Of a stretch of 64,000 nucleotides of DNA, positions 20,522-29,965 are shown in pieces. The notes beneath the pieces were generated by a model. That model had not been told where the DNA came from. It did not search any database and saw only the letters and a list, made by a program, of their open reading frames with translations. The stretch's first letter is position 1, and every line of letters begins with the position of its first letter. The stretch comes from Opitutia bacterium (GTDB lineage: Bacteria > Verrucomicrobiota > Verrucomicrobiia > Opitutales > T3Sed10-336), in the NCBI GenBank assembly GCA_050506795.1, contig JBJHCF010000002.1, forward strand, positions 1-64,000, given 5' to 3'. The translations under genes and the position numbers were made by a program.

Positions 20522-21628
20522 GTGAATAAGAAAACGAGCCAATCCACTGCCAAGAGCGCCAAAAAAAAATCCACCGCCCAGGCGAAAAGAAAACTTTCGG
20601 GGGTAAACGCTTCCCTGTCCCGGGACGACAAACTCAAACTATATCGGGACATGGTCCGCATCCGGCGCTTTGAGGAGCGTTCCCTTCATGCCTATCAGCA
20701 GGGAAAAATCGGCGGATTCCTCCACTTGTACATCGGCCAGGAGGCGATCGCGGTCGCCACCGCTTCCCTGATGGGGGATAACGATCACATTATCACCGCG
20801 TATCGGGATCACGGCCAGGCCCTCTCGGTCGGCATGGGAATGAACGAGTGCATGGCGGAACTCTACGGCAAGTTCACCGGCTGCTCCAAAGGCAAGGGCG
20901 GATCGATGCACTACTTCGCTCCGGACAAAAACTTCTGGGGCGGCCACGGTATTGTCGGGGGCCAAACCCCGCTGGGGACGGGCATCGCGTTCGCTCTGAA
21001 GTACAAAAAGCTGGAAGGATGCTGCCTCTGCCTTCTGGGAGACGGCGCGGTCAATCAGGGGGCGTTTCATGAGTCCCTGAACCTGGCGGCCCTCTGGAAC
21101 CTGCCGGTAATCTACATTATCGAAAACAACCGCTACTCCATGGGCACCAGTCAAAAGCGCTCATCCGCGGGTTCCCCGCTCGCCCGCCGGGCCGAGGGCT
21201 ACGACATGGCTTGGGACCTCATCAACGGCAGTTCGGTCTACGAAATCAGGGAAAAACTGGCCCCGATCATGGACCGCGCTCGCAAGAAGCAGGAACCGGC
21301 GGTGGTGGAAGTCCAGACCTACCGCTACCGCGGGCACTCGGTGGCGGACGCCAATCACGAGAAATATCGCTCCAAGAAGGAAATCGAGGACTACAAGAAA
21401 AACCACGATCCCATCATGCTCTTTCAACGGACCCTGAGCGAGGAAGGTGTGCTGAGCGACGCTGACATCGAGGAAATCGACCGCGAAGCCAAAAAGGAGG
21501 CCGCCGACGCCGCCCGTTTCGCCGACGAAAGCCCCTTCCCGCCGGAGGAGGAAATTTTTACCGACGTCTACTGGGAGGTCGATCACAAGACGGGCAAGAA
21601 CGAAGGCCGTTTCTTCTTCAACGACTGA
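20522..21628 (+). CDS. pdhA: Pyruvate dehydrogenase E1 alpha subunit
   Basis: GFLHLYIGQEA, GKGGSMH, TPP motif GDGAVNQG...NN, and YRYRGHS. Confidence 0.97.
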   Translation: MNKKTSQSTAKSAKKKSTAQAKRKLSGVNASLSRDDKLKLYRDMVRIRRFEERSLHAYQQGKIGGFLHLYIGQEAIAVATASLMGDNDHIITAYRDHGQALSVGMGMNECMAELYGKFTGCSKGKGGSMHYFAPDKNFWGGHGIVGGQTPLGTGIAFALKYKKLEGCCLCLLGDGAVNQGAFHESLNLAALWNLPVIYIIENNRYSMGTSQKRSSAGSPLARRAEGYDMAWDLINGSSVYEIREKLAPIMDRARKKQEPAVVEVQTYRYRGHSVADANHEKYRSKKEIEDYKKNHDPIMLFQRTLSEEGVLSDADIEEIDREAKKEAADAARFADESPFPPEEEIFTDVYWEVDHKTGKNEGRFFFND

Positions 21629-21663
21629 TCTTCCGCCGCGCCGGAAACCTATTTTTACCAGCC

Positions 21664-22638
21664 ATGCCGCAAATTACCTATCGTAAAGCCTTGAACGACG
21701 CTTTCGCCGAAGAACTGGAACGCGACGAAAACGTGGTCCTGATCGGCGAGGAAATCGCCGAATACAACGGCGCCTATAAAGTCACCGAAGGGTTGCACGC
21801 CCGTTTCGGCGATCGCCGCGTGATGGACACACCCATCAGCGAGGCCGCTTTCTGCGGCCTGGGCATCGGGGCCTCCATGCTGGGCATCCGCCCGGTTATC
21901 GAACTGATGTTCTGGAGCTTTTCCTACGTCGCCTTCGACCAATTGTTCAACAACGCCGCTACCGTACGCTATATGTCCGGCGGGCTGATAAACGTCCCTA
22001 TCGTGGTACGCGGTCCGGCCAACGGCGGCACCAACGTCGGCGCAACCCACTCTCACACGCCGGAAAATTTTGCCGCCTACACCCCCGGATTGAAGGTGGT
22101 TTGTCCGGCCACCGCCTACGACGCCAAGGGTTTAATGAAATCCGCGATCCGGGACAACGACCCGGTCTTCGTGATGGAAAACACCCTGCTCTACGGCCAA
22201 AAATGGGAGGTGCCGGAGGAGGAATACCTTATTCCGCTCGGCCGGGCGGACGTTAAAAAGGAAGGCACGGACATTTCCCTCATCGCCCACGGCCGCTGCG
22301 TCATCACCTGCCTGGAGGCCGCCCGCCAGCTCAAAGAGGAACACGACATCGATGCCGAAGTGCTCGACCTGCGTTCTATCCGCCCTCTGGACCAGGAGGC
22401 TATTCTAAAGTCGGTACGCAAAACAAACCGTGCCGTGCTGGTGGAGGAAAACAAACCCTTCTGCGGGACCGCATCGCAAATCGCAGCCCTCATCCAGGAG
22501 CACGCGTTCGATCACCTCGACGCCCCGGTGCGCCGGGTTTCCGCCTACGACGCCCCGCAGATTTACAGCAAACCGCTGGAGGACGAGATGATTCCCAACA
22601 CCCGGCGCATAATCAAAACCGTCCTCGAAGTCCTTTGA
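21664..22638 (+). CDS. pdhB: Pyruvate dehydrogenase E1 beta subunit
   Basis: GAYKVTEGL, DTPISE, DAKGLMKSAIRDNDPV, DLRSIRPLD, LDAPV. Confidence 0.97.
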   Translation: MPQITYRKALNDAFAEELERDENVVLIGEEIAEYNGAYKVTEGLHARFGDRRVMDTPISEAAFCGLGIGASMLGIRPVIELMFWSFSYVAFDQLFNNAATVRYMSGGLINVPIVVRGPANGGTNVGATHSHTPENFAAYTPGLKVVCPATAYDAKGLMKSAIRDNDPVFVMENTLLYGQKWEVPEEEYLIPLGRADVKKEGTDISLIAHGRCVITCLEAARQLKEEHDIDAEVLDLRSIRPLDQEAILKSVRKTNRAVLVEENKPFCGTASQIAALIQEHAFDHLDAPVRRVSAYDAPQIYSKPLEDEMIPNTRRIIKTVLEVL

Positions 22639-22681
22639 ACCCTTTTCCTCTTTTCGATCGATAACTCTTCTCGAACATCCC

Positions 22682-24073
22682 ATGGCCACAATCATTGAAA
22701 TGCCCAAACTGAGTGATACCATGACCGCAGGCACGCTGGTCAAATGGTTGAAAAACGAAGGCGACGCCATCTCGGTGGGCGACATGCTGGCGGAAGTCGA
22801 AACCGACAAGGCCACCATGGAGCTGGAAAGCTTCGAAGAAGGCGTTCTGATCAAGCGCCTGGTCAGCGACGGCTCCGAAGTCGCGGTCGGCTCCCCGGTG
22901 GCGGCGATCGGCGAGAAGGGAGAGAAATTCGACGAGTCCTCAGTCAAGTCGGAAACTCCGGCCAAGGACTCGGATCAGGACTCCAAAGACTCGGATCAGG
23001 ACTCCAAAGACTCGGACCGGGAGAAAAAGGACGAGCAGTCGCCCAAAAAGGAAACCAAGAAATCCGACGAGGAGGACGACCGGAAACCCTCCGATAAAGA
23101 AGCCTCTTCCGAAGACGCTGCATCGGCCGACGACGACGATGGCGACACCGAGGGATCCTCGAAGCGCGTGAAGGTTTCTCCCCTCGCCCGCAAGCTCGCC
23201 CGCGAACACGGCGTGCCTGTGGAAGGCCTCAAAGGTTCGGGACCGGGCGGACGCATCGTGAAGGCCGACGTCCTGGCCGCGGTGGAAAAAGGCGGCGTCA
23301 AGGCCGCCAAAACCTCAGCCCCGAGCCCGGAAGCCAGCCTGCCGGCGGTTTCGGGTGGAGCCATCGCGGAAGCGCGTGACATTCCGGTCTCCAACATGCG
23401 CGGTACGATCGCCCGCCGCCTGCTCGAATCCAAAACCCAAATCCCCCACTATTATCTGGAAGCCGAAGTCGATGCCGGCCCTCTCCTTGAAGTGCGCGCC
23501 GCGATCAACACATCGCTCAAGGATGTGCCACCGGAAAAAGGCGGCGCCAAGCTGAGCGTCAACGACTTCGTAATGAAAGCCTGCGCCGAGGCCCTTCGGC
23601 GGGTACCCGCCGTCAACGCCTCCTGGGAAGGCTCTTCCATCAAACAGCATCCCGCAGCCCACGTCTCGTTCGCAGTGGCTATCGAGGACGGCTTGATCAC
23701 CCCGGTGATTTTCAACGCCCACGCCAAGACCTTGCGGCATATTAGCGCCGAAACCAAGGCACTGGCCGCCAAGGCCAAAGCCAAAAAACTCAAACCGGAA
23801 GAGTTCACCGGCGGCACCTTTTGCGTGTCCAACCTGGGAATGTTCGGCATCGACCGTTTCTCCGCTATTATCAACCCGCCCAACGCAGCTATTCTGGCCG
23901 TTGGAGGAACCCGAAAGGTTCCGGTGGTTAACGCCCGCGACCAGATCGAAATCGGTTACCGCATGGTGCTGACCCTGTCCTGCGACCATCGCGTGGTGGA
24001 CGGCGCGATGGGCGCCGAGTTCCTGTCCGCCCTGCGCGAAATGCTGGAGAACCCTGCGCTGATGCTGGTCTAA
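22682..24073 (+). CDS. pdhC: Pyruvate dehydrogenase E2, dihydrolipoamide acetyltransferase
   Basis: Lipoyl site ETDKATME, E3-binding SPLARKLA...GSGPGGRI, catalytic DHRVVDG. Confidence 0.97.
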   Translation: MATIIEMPKLSDTMTAGTLVKWLKNEGDAISVGDMLAEVETDKATMELESFEEGVLIKRLVSDGSEVAVGSPVAAIGEKGEKFDESSVKSETPAKDSDQDSKDSDQDSKDSDREKKDEQSPKKETKKSDEEDDRKPSDKEASSEDAASADDDDGDTEGSSKRVKVSPLARKLAREHGVPVEGLKGSGPGGRIVKADVLAAVEKGGVKAAKTSAPSPEASLPAVSGGAIAEARDIPVSNMRGTIARRLLESKTQIPHYYLEAEVDAGPLLEVRAAINTSLKDVPPEKGGAKLSVNDFVMKACAEALRRVPAVNASWEGSSIKQHPAAHVSFAVAIEDGLITPVIFNAHAKTLRHISAETKALAAKAKAKKLKPEEFTGGTFCVSNLGMFGIDRFSAIINPPNAAILAVGGTRKVPVVNARDQIEIGYRMVLTLSCDHRVVDGAMGAEFLSALREMLENPALMLV

Positions 24074-24093
24074 ACGGCTTCGCCGGTTCCTGC

Positions 24094-24220
24094 TTCCTGG
24101 TTCTTGGTTCTTGGTTCTTGGTTTTACTTAGGCCGGAGGTGGCACGTTCGGGAGACTGCTCTCACGACAATCCCGCCCAGTGGTCCACATCGCCCGGACA
24201 AAAAAACCAAGAACCAAGGA
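24094..24220. repeat. Heptamer (TTCTTGG)n tract with an inverted (CCAAGAA)n copy between convergent genes
   Basis: ttcctggttcttggttcttggttcttggtttt at 24094-24125 and aaaccaagaaccaagga at 24204-24220. Confidence 0.7.
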
Positions 24221-24229
24221 ATACCCCCC

Positions 24230-25084
24230 TTACCCTTTTTCCTGGTAGAGGTGGACGTCGCGTTGCGGGAACGGGATGCTGACACCGGCCTTGTCGAACT
24301 CCTGTTTCACCTTCTTGTTGAGCGCGAGTTTGGTCGGCCACCAGTCCGGACGTTTGGTCCAGGCATGAACCAGAAGATCGACCGAACTGTCGCCCAATCC
24401 CCCGACCGCCACCATTGGCGCGGGTTCCGTGAGGAAGCGCTCATCGGCGGCAATGATGTCCTTGACGATGCCAATGGCCTTGTCGATATCGTCGGAATAG
24501 GAGATACCGAAGGTTTCGTTCACCCGGCGGATATCGTTGTGGGTGCGGGACAAATTGGTGATGACGTTGCCCCAGATTTGTCCGTTAGGCAGGATCACGA
24601 AGGGTCCGTCGGGCACGTGTGCGCGAGTGATAAACAATCCGAGTTCGTCGACGATGTAAAAGTTGCCGCCAACGACAATTACCTCGCCCACGCTGAAGGG
24701 GCGAAAGATCATCATCATGACCCCCGCCGCCACGTTGGTCAGGGTGCCCTGCAACGCAAGGCCGATGGTGAGGCCGGCGGCGCCAATCAGAGCCACCAGG
24801 CCGGTGGTTTCCACTCCAAACGCTGAAAGTGTCGCGTACAACGTGAAACCGATCACGATGATCTTCGTCAACTTGACCAGCATGCCGCGGATAACCGGAT
24901 CGATACGCTCGGTCTTCGAACACGCTCGATCCACCCCGCGGGCGAGCACTTTCGCCACGTAAAAACCCACCAGCAGGATCAGGATCGCCCCAACGACCTG
25001 CAAGCCGTACTGGCTGACGCCCTCCAAGACGGCCTCGACCGCCTGACTTCCCCACTCCCCCTCGGTTGCGTTTGTGTCTGCCAT
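24230..25084 (-). CDS. mscS: Small-conductance mechanosensitive channel (MscS family)
   Basis: GAAGLTIGLALQGTLTNVAAG, RPFSVG, GISYSDD and IPFPQRDVHL. Confidence 0.93.
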   Translation of the reverse strand: MADTNATEGEWGSQAVEAVLEGVSQYGLQVVGAILILLVGFYVAKVLARGVDRACSKTERIDPVIRGMLVKLTKIIVIGFTLYATLSAFGVETTGLVALIGAAGLTIGLALQGTLTNVAAGVMMMIFRPFSVGEVIVVGGNFYIVDELGLFITRAHVPDGPFVILPNGQIWGNVITNLSRTHNDIRRVNETFGISYSDDIDKAIGIVKDIIAADERFLTEPAPMVAVGGLGDSSVDLLVHAWTKRPDWWPTKLALNKKVKQEFDKAGVSIPFPQRDVHLYQEKG

Positions 25085-25210
25085 AGGCCGTGATGAAAAC
25101 ACCCAAACTATTCGAGTTCAAACAAAAACAGCTTCCGAAACACAATTGCTTCGGCGGGATCCGTTTACAAAGCCTTTACAAAACAGACCCAATCCTCCAA
25201 CATCGCTCCC

Positions 25211-26005
25211 ATGTCGCACCACACTTCACCATCGCTTCGCCAATGCTTAGCCGCGGCCACCGCCGCCCTGGTCCTCATTTGCTTCTCCACGCCCGCCCTG
25301 CAGGCTCAGGATGAGGATACCGACGAAGATCCGGGCCACTTCTATCAAAACTGGAACGGTCGCTTCGAATTGGGATACACCTACCAGTCCGGCCGCACAG
25401 ATCGCAACGAACTCACCCTTCGGGCGCAAGCCGACCGGGAGGCGGGTATTCACAAATTCCGTGCCATTGCCGAATACGTCTACGGCGAACAAAAAACCGA
25501 TGCCGGCACCGTCAAGAGCAGCGATCGCTACGGGGCGAGCTTCCGCTGGAGACGAACCTTGAGTCAGTACTTCTTCACCCAGAGCCTCACCTCCTACGAG
25601 GTCGACCAGATTCGCCGCATCAAACAACGGGCGGAACAGAATCTCAGCCTGGGTTACCAATTTCTCGACCGCGAAAACATCGACGCCTCGGTGGCGCCCG
25701 GTTTCACCGCCCAATACAATCGTCAGATCGGGGTGGAAACGGGAATGAACTACCTGGCGACCTTTTTCCAGGACGTCAATTGGCAGATCACGGAAGCCTA
25801 CCGCTTTGAAGAAGACAGCACCTTCCTCATCGAACCGGATGACAGCGACAATTACATTTACCGTTTCAACGCCGGCCTGGTCGGCACAATGACCCAAAGC
25901 ATCAACCTCAGCCTGCGCTACAGCCTGATCTACGAAAACCAGGTGGCTCCCGACGTGGAACGCACCGAACACCGGGTCGTCGCCGCGCTGGGCTACACCT
26001 TCTGA
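25211..26005 (+). CDS. DUF481/YdiY-family outer membrane beta-barrel
   Basis: Signal peptide, alternating beta strands, C-terminal LGYTF. Confidence 0.8.
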   Translation: MSHHTSPSLRQCLAAATAALVLICFSTPALQAQDEDTDEDPGHFYQNWNGRFELGYTYQSGRTDRNELTLRAQADREAGIHKFRAIAEYVYGEQKTDAGTVKSSDRYGASFRWRRTLSQYFFTQSLTSYEVDQIRRIKQRAEQNLSLGYQFLDRENIDASVAPGFTAQYNRQIGVETGMNYLATFFQDVNWQITEAYRFEEDSTFLIEPDDSDNYIYRFNAGLVGTMTQSINLSLRYSLIYENQVAPDVERTEHRVVAALGYTF

Positions 26006-26382
26006 CGCGGTTCCGCCGGCAACAGGGTCTCCACCGCCACTTCCGGCGCGTCTTTCCAGAGCGAATCCAGCCGGTAGTAGTCACGGGTTTCCGGAAGAAA
26101 CAGGTGGACGATGATATCAAAGGCGTCCACCACGTTCCATCCGCTCGCGGCGGAGAGATCCTTGCCAATCACCTTCACCCGGTGATCCTTCAACACCTGG
26201 GAGACTTCGTTGGTCAGCGCCCGCAGGTGCGGCTCCGAGGTCCCGCTGGCGATAATGAAATAATCGGTGATGCTGGAAACCTCGCTGACATCGAGGACTT
26301 TCAGGTCCTCCGCTTTTTTGTCGTCCAACGCCCGGCAACAAAGCCGCAACGTCTCCATTTGATCAGGCTGTTCCTGGGTCAT
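25993..26382 (-). CDS. rsfS: Ribosome silencing factor
   Basis: DKKAEDL, DYFIIASG, W-x-x-x-D-x-x-DIIVHLF and RDYYRLDSLW; downstream of nadD. Confidence 0.95.
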   Translation of the reverse strand: MTQEQPDQMETLRLCCRALDDKKAEDLKVLDVSEVSSITDYFIIASGTSEPHLRALTNEVSQVLKDHRVKVIGKDLSAASGWNVVDAFDIIVHLFLPETRDYYRLDSLWKDAPEVAVETLLPAEPRQKV

Positions 26383-26500
26383 AACTCAATGTGTCCGGGG
26401 TAAAGCAACCTTTGCCGCGAAAACCGCCCCAACCGGCATTCCTTTCGTTTTATCATCTCACTTTTTTGGAATTTCATTAAACTCAATATTCGTATCCCCT

Positions 26501-27139
26501 TCAGCGGGATTGGCAATTCCCGGCATCGCTCTCCAGCAAGGACAAAACGGCTTCGGCCTTACGGTACCAGCCCTTCTCGGCGATCCGTGCCACCACCCTG
26601 GACGGAGTCAAAAAATGCAGGGCGCGCCCGGATCGAACACGCGCCCGAAGCTCGCTTGAACTAATATCGCAACCGTGGCCTTCAATACAGTGCATCCGCA
26701 AGCCGGCAATCCGCAGGTCGCAGTCCGGAACACGGCTCCCCGGTCGCCCGACCAAGGCAAATGACATCAACCGGGCCAGCTCCTCGATTCGGCACCACTG
26801 CGGCAAATTCGCCGCCTGATCCGCCCCGATAATCCAATACAATTCGTCCTCCGGATAAAGCTCCCCGAGCCGGCGGGCGGTTTCCACCGTATAGCTGACG
26901 CCCCCGCGCTCAATCTCCATGGTCGAAAGCTCGAATCGAGCAACCCCCTCCAGAGCAAGTGCAAGAAGCTCCATGCGGTCTTCGGCACCCAGACCCGGTT
27001 CGTTTTCCTTAAGAGGCGATTGGGCGCTGGGAACAAAGATCACCTTGTCCAGCCCAAGACCTTCCATGGCGTCCTGGGCCGCGAGCAAATGTCCGTGGTG
27101 GACGGGATCGAAACTACCTCCGAGGAAACCCAACTTCAT
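26501..27139 (-). CDS. nadD: Nicotinate-nucleotide adenylyltransferase
   Basis: GGSFDPVHHGH, SYTVET, IIGAD, ISSSELR. Confidence 0.96.
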   Translation of the reverse strand: MKLGFLGGSFDPVHHGHLLAAQDAMEGLGLDKVIFVPSAQSPLKENEPGLGAEDRMELLALALEGVARFELSTMEIERGGVSYTVETARRLGELYPEDELYWIIGADQAANLPQWCRIEELARLMSFALVGRPGSRVPDCDLRIAGLRMHCIEGHGCDISSSELRARVRSGRALHFLTPSRVVARIAEKGWYRKAEAVLSLLESDAGNCQSR

Positions 27140-28245
27140 CCATAAATTTCTTCAACGTACGGAGCCAGCGCGGATTGCAGCTTCTGCAGTCCACGCTTTT
27201 CACGCATGCTGACCTGCTGGTGCGAAATCCCGATCTTCTTTGAAATCTCCGACAAGGTGTGAACCCGCCCCTCGTCACCCAAACCGAACCGCATCTCCAG
27301 CACCTCGCGCTGCTTGGCGGTCAAATGGTGTACCAGCACCGAAACGAGGTTGCGCAGATCCTTCTTCGACACACTGGCCAGGGGGCTGTCCGCCATGTCA
27401 TCCGGCAACTTTTCCGAGAGCGAAAGGGAATCATCAAGCACCTCGTTGAGAGATACGCTCGGTTGCCGCAGCCGCTCCATGATCAGTGCCGCTTTTTTCT
27501 CGGCCGGATCCGGAGACCCCGAAGCCTCGTCGTCCTTCCGGCTGAGCGTCTTGCACGCCAAATTGATGGGGACGTGCACCGGGAAACGTTCTCCCATTAA
27601 AAAGTTCTTAACCTGCCGCTTGATCCAGCTCTGGGCGTAGGCGGCAAAGGAGGCATTCGAGTCCTCCACCTTGTCCACCGCGTGCAACAACGCCATCGAA
27701 CCTTCCTGGACCGCGTCATGCCGTTTGGCCGCATCAAAAACCGTGCGATTGACCGTCATCTCGATCAAATCGCGATACAGGTGGAACATGATGCCCTGCG
27801 CACGCTTATACCGGCGATGGTGGCGGGCCAGAACGAAAAGCAAATTGTCCCGGAAATCACTCCACTGCCGGTTGCTCAGGTACTCGTCCACCTCCAGCGA
27901 GCTGAACAGGTCCAGACCGAACATCCGGTCGATTCGCCGTGCGGCGGCTGTGGGGAAATGCTGGCGCAAACGCTGAAAAGTCCAGCGAATCAATTCGTAA
28001 CGGTTTTCCAGCAGGAGCGCCCCCAGGGAAGCCCGCAACCCGATTCCCTTCCGCGGACCCGGAAGCTCCAACGCACGCAATCCCTCCTCATAGGTGTCCT
28101 CAAGGCAGGGAAGCATGAGAAAATAATCCAGCTTTACCCGGTAATCGGCAATCACACGGCGACAGACCACCTCCTCAACGCTGAGACTGGAAGAACTCAC
28201 CTCCTGTCGCTCGGGCAGGGATTCGATGCCGATGGTACGGGTCAT
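27136..28245 (-). CDS. Sigma-70 family RNA polymerase sigma factor
   Basis: Region 2 DAVQEGSMALLHAVDK...FAAYAQSWIK; region 4 REVLEMRFGL...TLSEISKKIGISHQQVSMREKRGLQKL. Confidence 0.88.
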   Translation of the reverse strand: MTRTIGIESLPERQEVSSSSLSVEEVVCRRVIADYRVKLDYFLMLPCLEDTYEEGLRALELPGPRKGIGLRASLGALLLENRYELIRWTFQRLRQHFPTAAARRIDRMFGLDLFSSLEVDEYLSNRQWSDFRDNLLFVLARHHRRYKRAQGIMFHLYRDLIEMTVNRTVFDAAKRHDAVQEGSMALLHAVDKVEDSNASFAAYAQSWIKRQVKNFLMGERFPVHVPINLACKTLSRKDDEASGSPDPAEKKAALIMERLRQPSVSLNEVLDDSLSLSEKLPDDMADSPLASVSKKDLRNLVSVLVHHLTAKQREVLEMRFGLGDEGRVHTLSEISKKIGISHQQVSMREKRGLQKLQSALAPYVEEIYG

Positions 28246-28421
28246 AAAAAGCCTTTAATCCAAAAATGTCGCATTATCCTGGAAGGTCAACTCCCGGTTT
28301 GCCTTTTCCATATCACGTTCACGTCCACCATTTCCCCCGGTTTCCGGGCAAATCCCTCCAAACACCCCTCCAAATCGCGTTGACTCAATTTAACCTTTGC
28401 TCCACTACAGACTCCTTCCAA

Positions 28422-28504
28422 GCCCGGATGGCGGAATGGTAGACGCTGCGGACTTAAAATCCGTTCCTTGCAAAAGGGTGAGGGTTCGAGTCCCTCTCCG
28501 GGCA
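28422..28504 (+). tRNA. tRNA-Leu (anticodon TAA)
   Basis: Acceptor stem GCCCGGA/TCCGGGC, D-arm GGCGGAATGGTAGACGC, anticodon arm GCGGA-CTTAAAA-TCCGT, long variable arm, T-loop GGTTCGAGTCC. Followed by CCG, so CCA is not encoded. Confidence 0.96.
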
Positions 28505-28612
28505 CCGCCTCTGTTTATGCGGCATGTAGGCTAACTCCAGTGACTTACACGCAACGGTAGTCCGCAGGAGTTAGCTCTTGCCTTGCTCGGAAAAGTCGGC
28601 ATATAAGGCATA

Positions 28613-29902
28613 ATGCGACAATCGACCGGCACCAAAACCGGCACCAAAAAAGGTAGCAAACCCGAGCTCGGCCAAAAGGATCAGATCGTTGGAAAGAACG
28701 TCCTTCGGCGAGCCGCTTCGCCATATCTGTACTGCCTGGCCTACGTCAACGGACGGCGGATTCGTGAATCTCTAAAGATCGAGGCCGAGCCCCTGACCCA
28801 GGAAAAGCTACGGATGGCCGAAAAGAAAGCCCGGTTGAAGCTGGAGGCCCTCCGGAACGACGACGTCGCCATGTACGAAGCCGGGCGCGTGACGAAGTCA
28901 TGGCCAACGGTCGGCCAGCTCCTCGAAAGCTTTGAGGAGTACGCGAAGATTCGGAATCTATCCCATCGCACCCGCTTGACCTACCGGAGCGCCCTAAAAA
29001 ACACCATTCTAGCCGTTCACGGCCGTACCAATGGATGGAAAAACCGCAGCGTTTCGGACATCAATCCCAGCCTGGCGACCAAGTACGTGCAAGCTGTCAT
29101 CAAAGACAGGCCGGGCGCCCAGGACGACCGCACCGAACGCCAGAGCGCCGTCAACATGGCGCAAAGCCGTCTCAGGGATGCCGCCGCCATATTCTCCAGA
29201 ACCGCGCTTCGCTACTATGCCGAAACCGGTTTGCGCCTCCCGGAAATCAATTTCGGCCCGTCCCCTTATTTCGCCGCGACCCGCAAGGACTACACTCTCC
29301 CGCCTGCACCGCTCCTCAAGAAAACGATCGAAGCCTGCGAGAAGGCCAAGGATGAAGAACAGGACCACTATATTTGCTTTCTCCTCACCTTCGGACTGGC
29401 CTGCCGTGGATCCGAAGCCATCGCCGCCGAACACACCTGGATCGAGGAGACCCACGAGGGCGGCAAAGTCAAACACTGGCTGGCCATACGCGAGCGGCCG
29501 ACCTGGAAGCAAAAGCGCCGCGCCCACCGCAAGCCGATGTCCGATTACGTTTTCGCCGAGCTTCAGGATGTCGCCTCGGACCGGCTGCCTCTGCTTTCCG
29601 GAGAGACCCCGCACCTTCGCCGCGTGATCCTACAGCGGAATTTCGCGACCTTCCTGCGTGGCCTCGGGTGGGACTCCAACACCTATCCCTGCCCGGTACA
29701 CGAGCTCCGAAAAGCCATGGGCAACCATGTTTACCACTTTCGGAGCCCGGTAGCCGCCAAGCGCCTCCTGGGCCACTCCACCATCCTCACCACGGAACAG
29801 AGCTACTCGGAGAACACCGAAACGCCGCCGGAACTGGTACCTCTTTTCGAGCGGTACCTGGTTCAGGAGCCGAAAGCAAAGGATGCCCAGACCGCAAAAT
29901 AG
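28613..29902 (+). CDS. Tyrosine recombinase/integrase 1
   Basis: LACRGSEA (R), HELRK (HxxR), LLGHS and EQSY (Tyr nucleophile); tRNA-adjacent. Confidence 0.9.
   Translation: MRQSTGTKTGTKKGSKPELGQKDQIVGKNVLRRAASPYLYCLAYVNGRRIRESLKIEAEPLTQEKLRMAEKKARLKLEALRNDDVAMYEAGRVTKSWPTVGQLLESFEEYAKIRNLSHRTRLTYRSALKNTILAVHGRTNGWKNRSVSDINPSLATKYVQAVIKDRPGAQDDRTERQSAVNMAQSRLRDAAAIFSRTALRYYAETGLRLPEINFGPSPYFAATRKDYTLPPAPLLKKTIEACEKAKDEEQDHYICFLLTFGLACRGSEAIAAEHTWIEETHEGGKVKHWLAIRERPTWKQKRRAHRKPMSDYVFAELQDVASDRLPLLSGETPHLRRVILQRNFATFLRGLGWDSNTYPCPVHELRKAMGNHVYHFRSPVAAKRLLGHSTILTTEQSYSENTETPPELVPLFERYLVQEPKAKDAQTAK
28625..28648 (+). repeat. Tandem 12-bp direct repeat ACCGGCACCAAA x2, putative arm-type integrase site
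   Basis: Exact duplication at 28625-28636 and 28637-28648, about 120 bp from the tRNA 3' end. Confidence 0.6.
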
Positions 29903-29965
29903 CGCCGCCGGGGCTCACAATTCCCTCCCCTCCTCCACCGCCCATCAACCCGGCAACCTGCTCAG

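Noticed and set aside
22966..23016. 21-bp tandem repeat in pdhC
   Set aside because: In-frame expansion (KDSDQDS) of the flexible E2 linker; ordinary.
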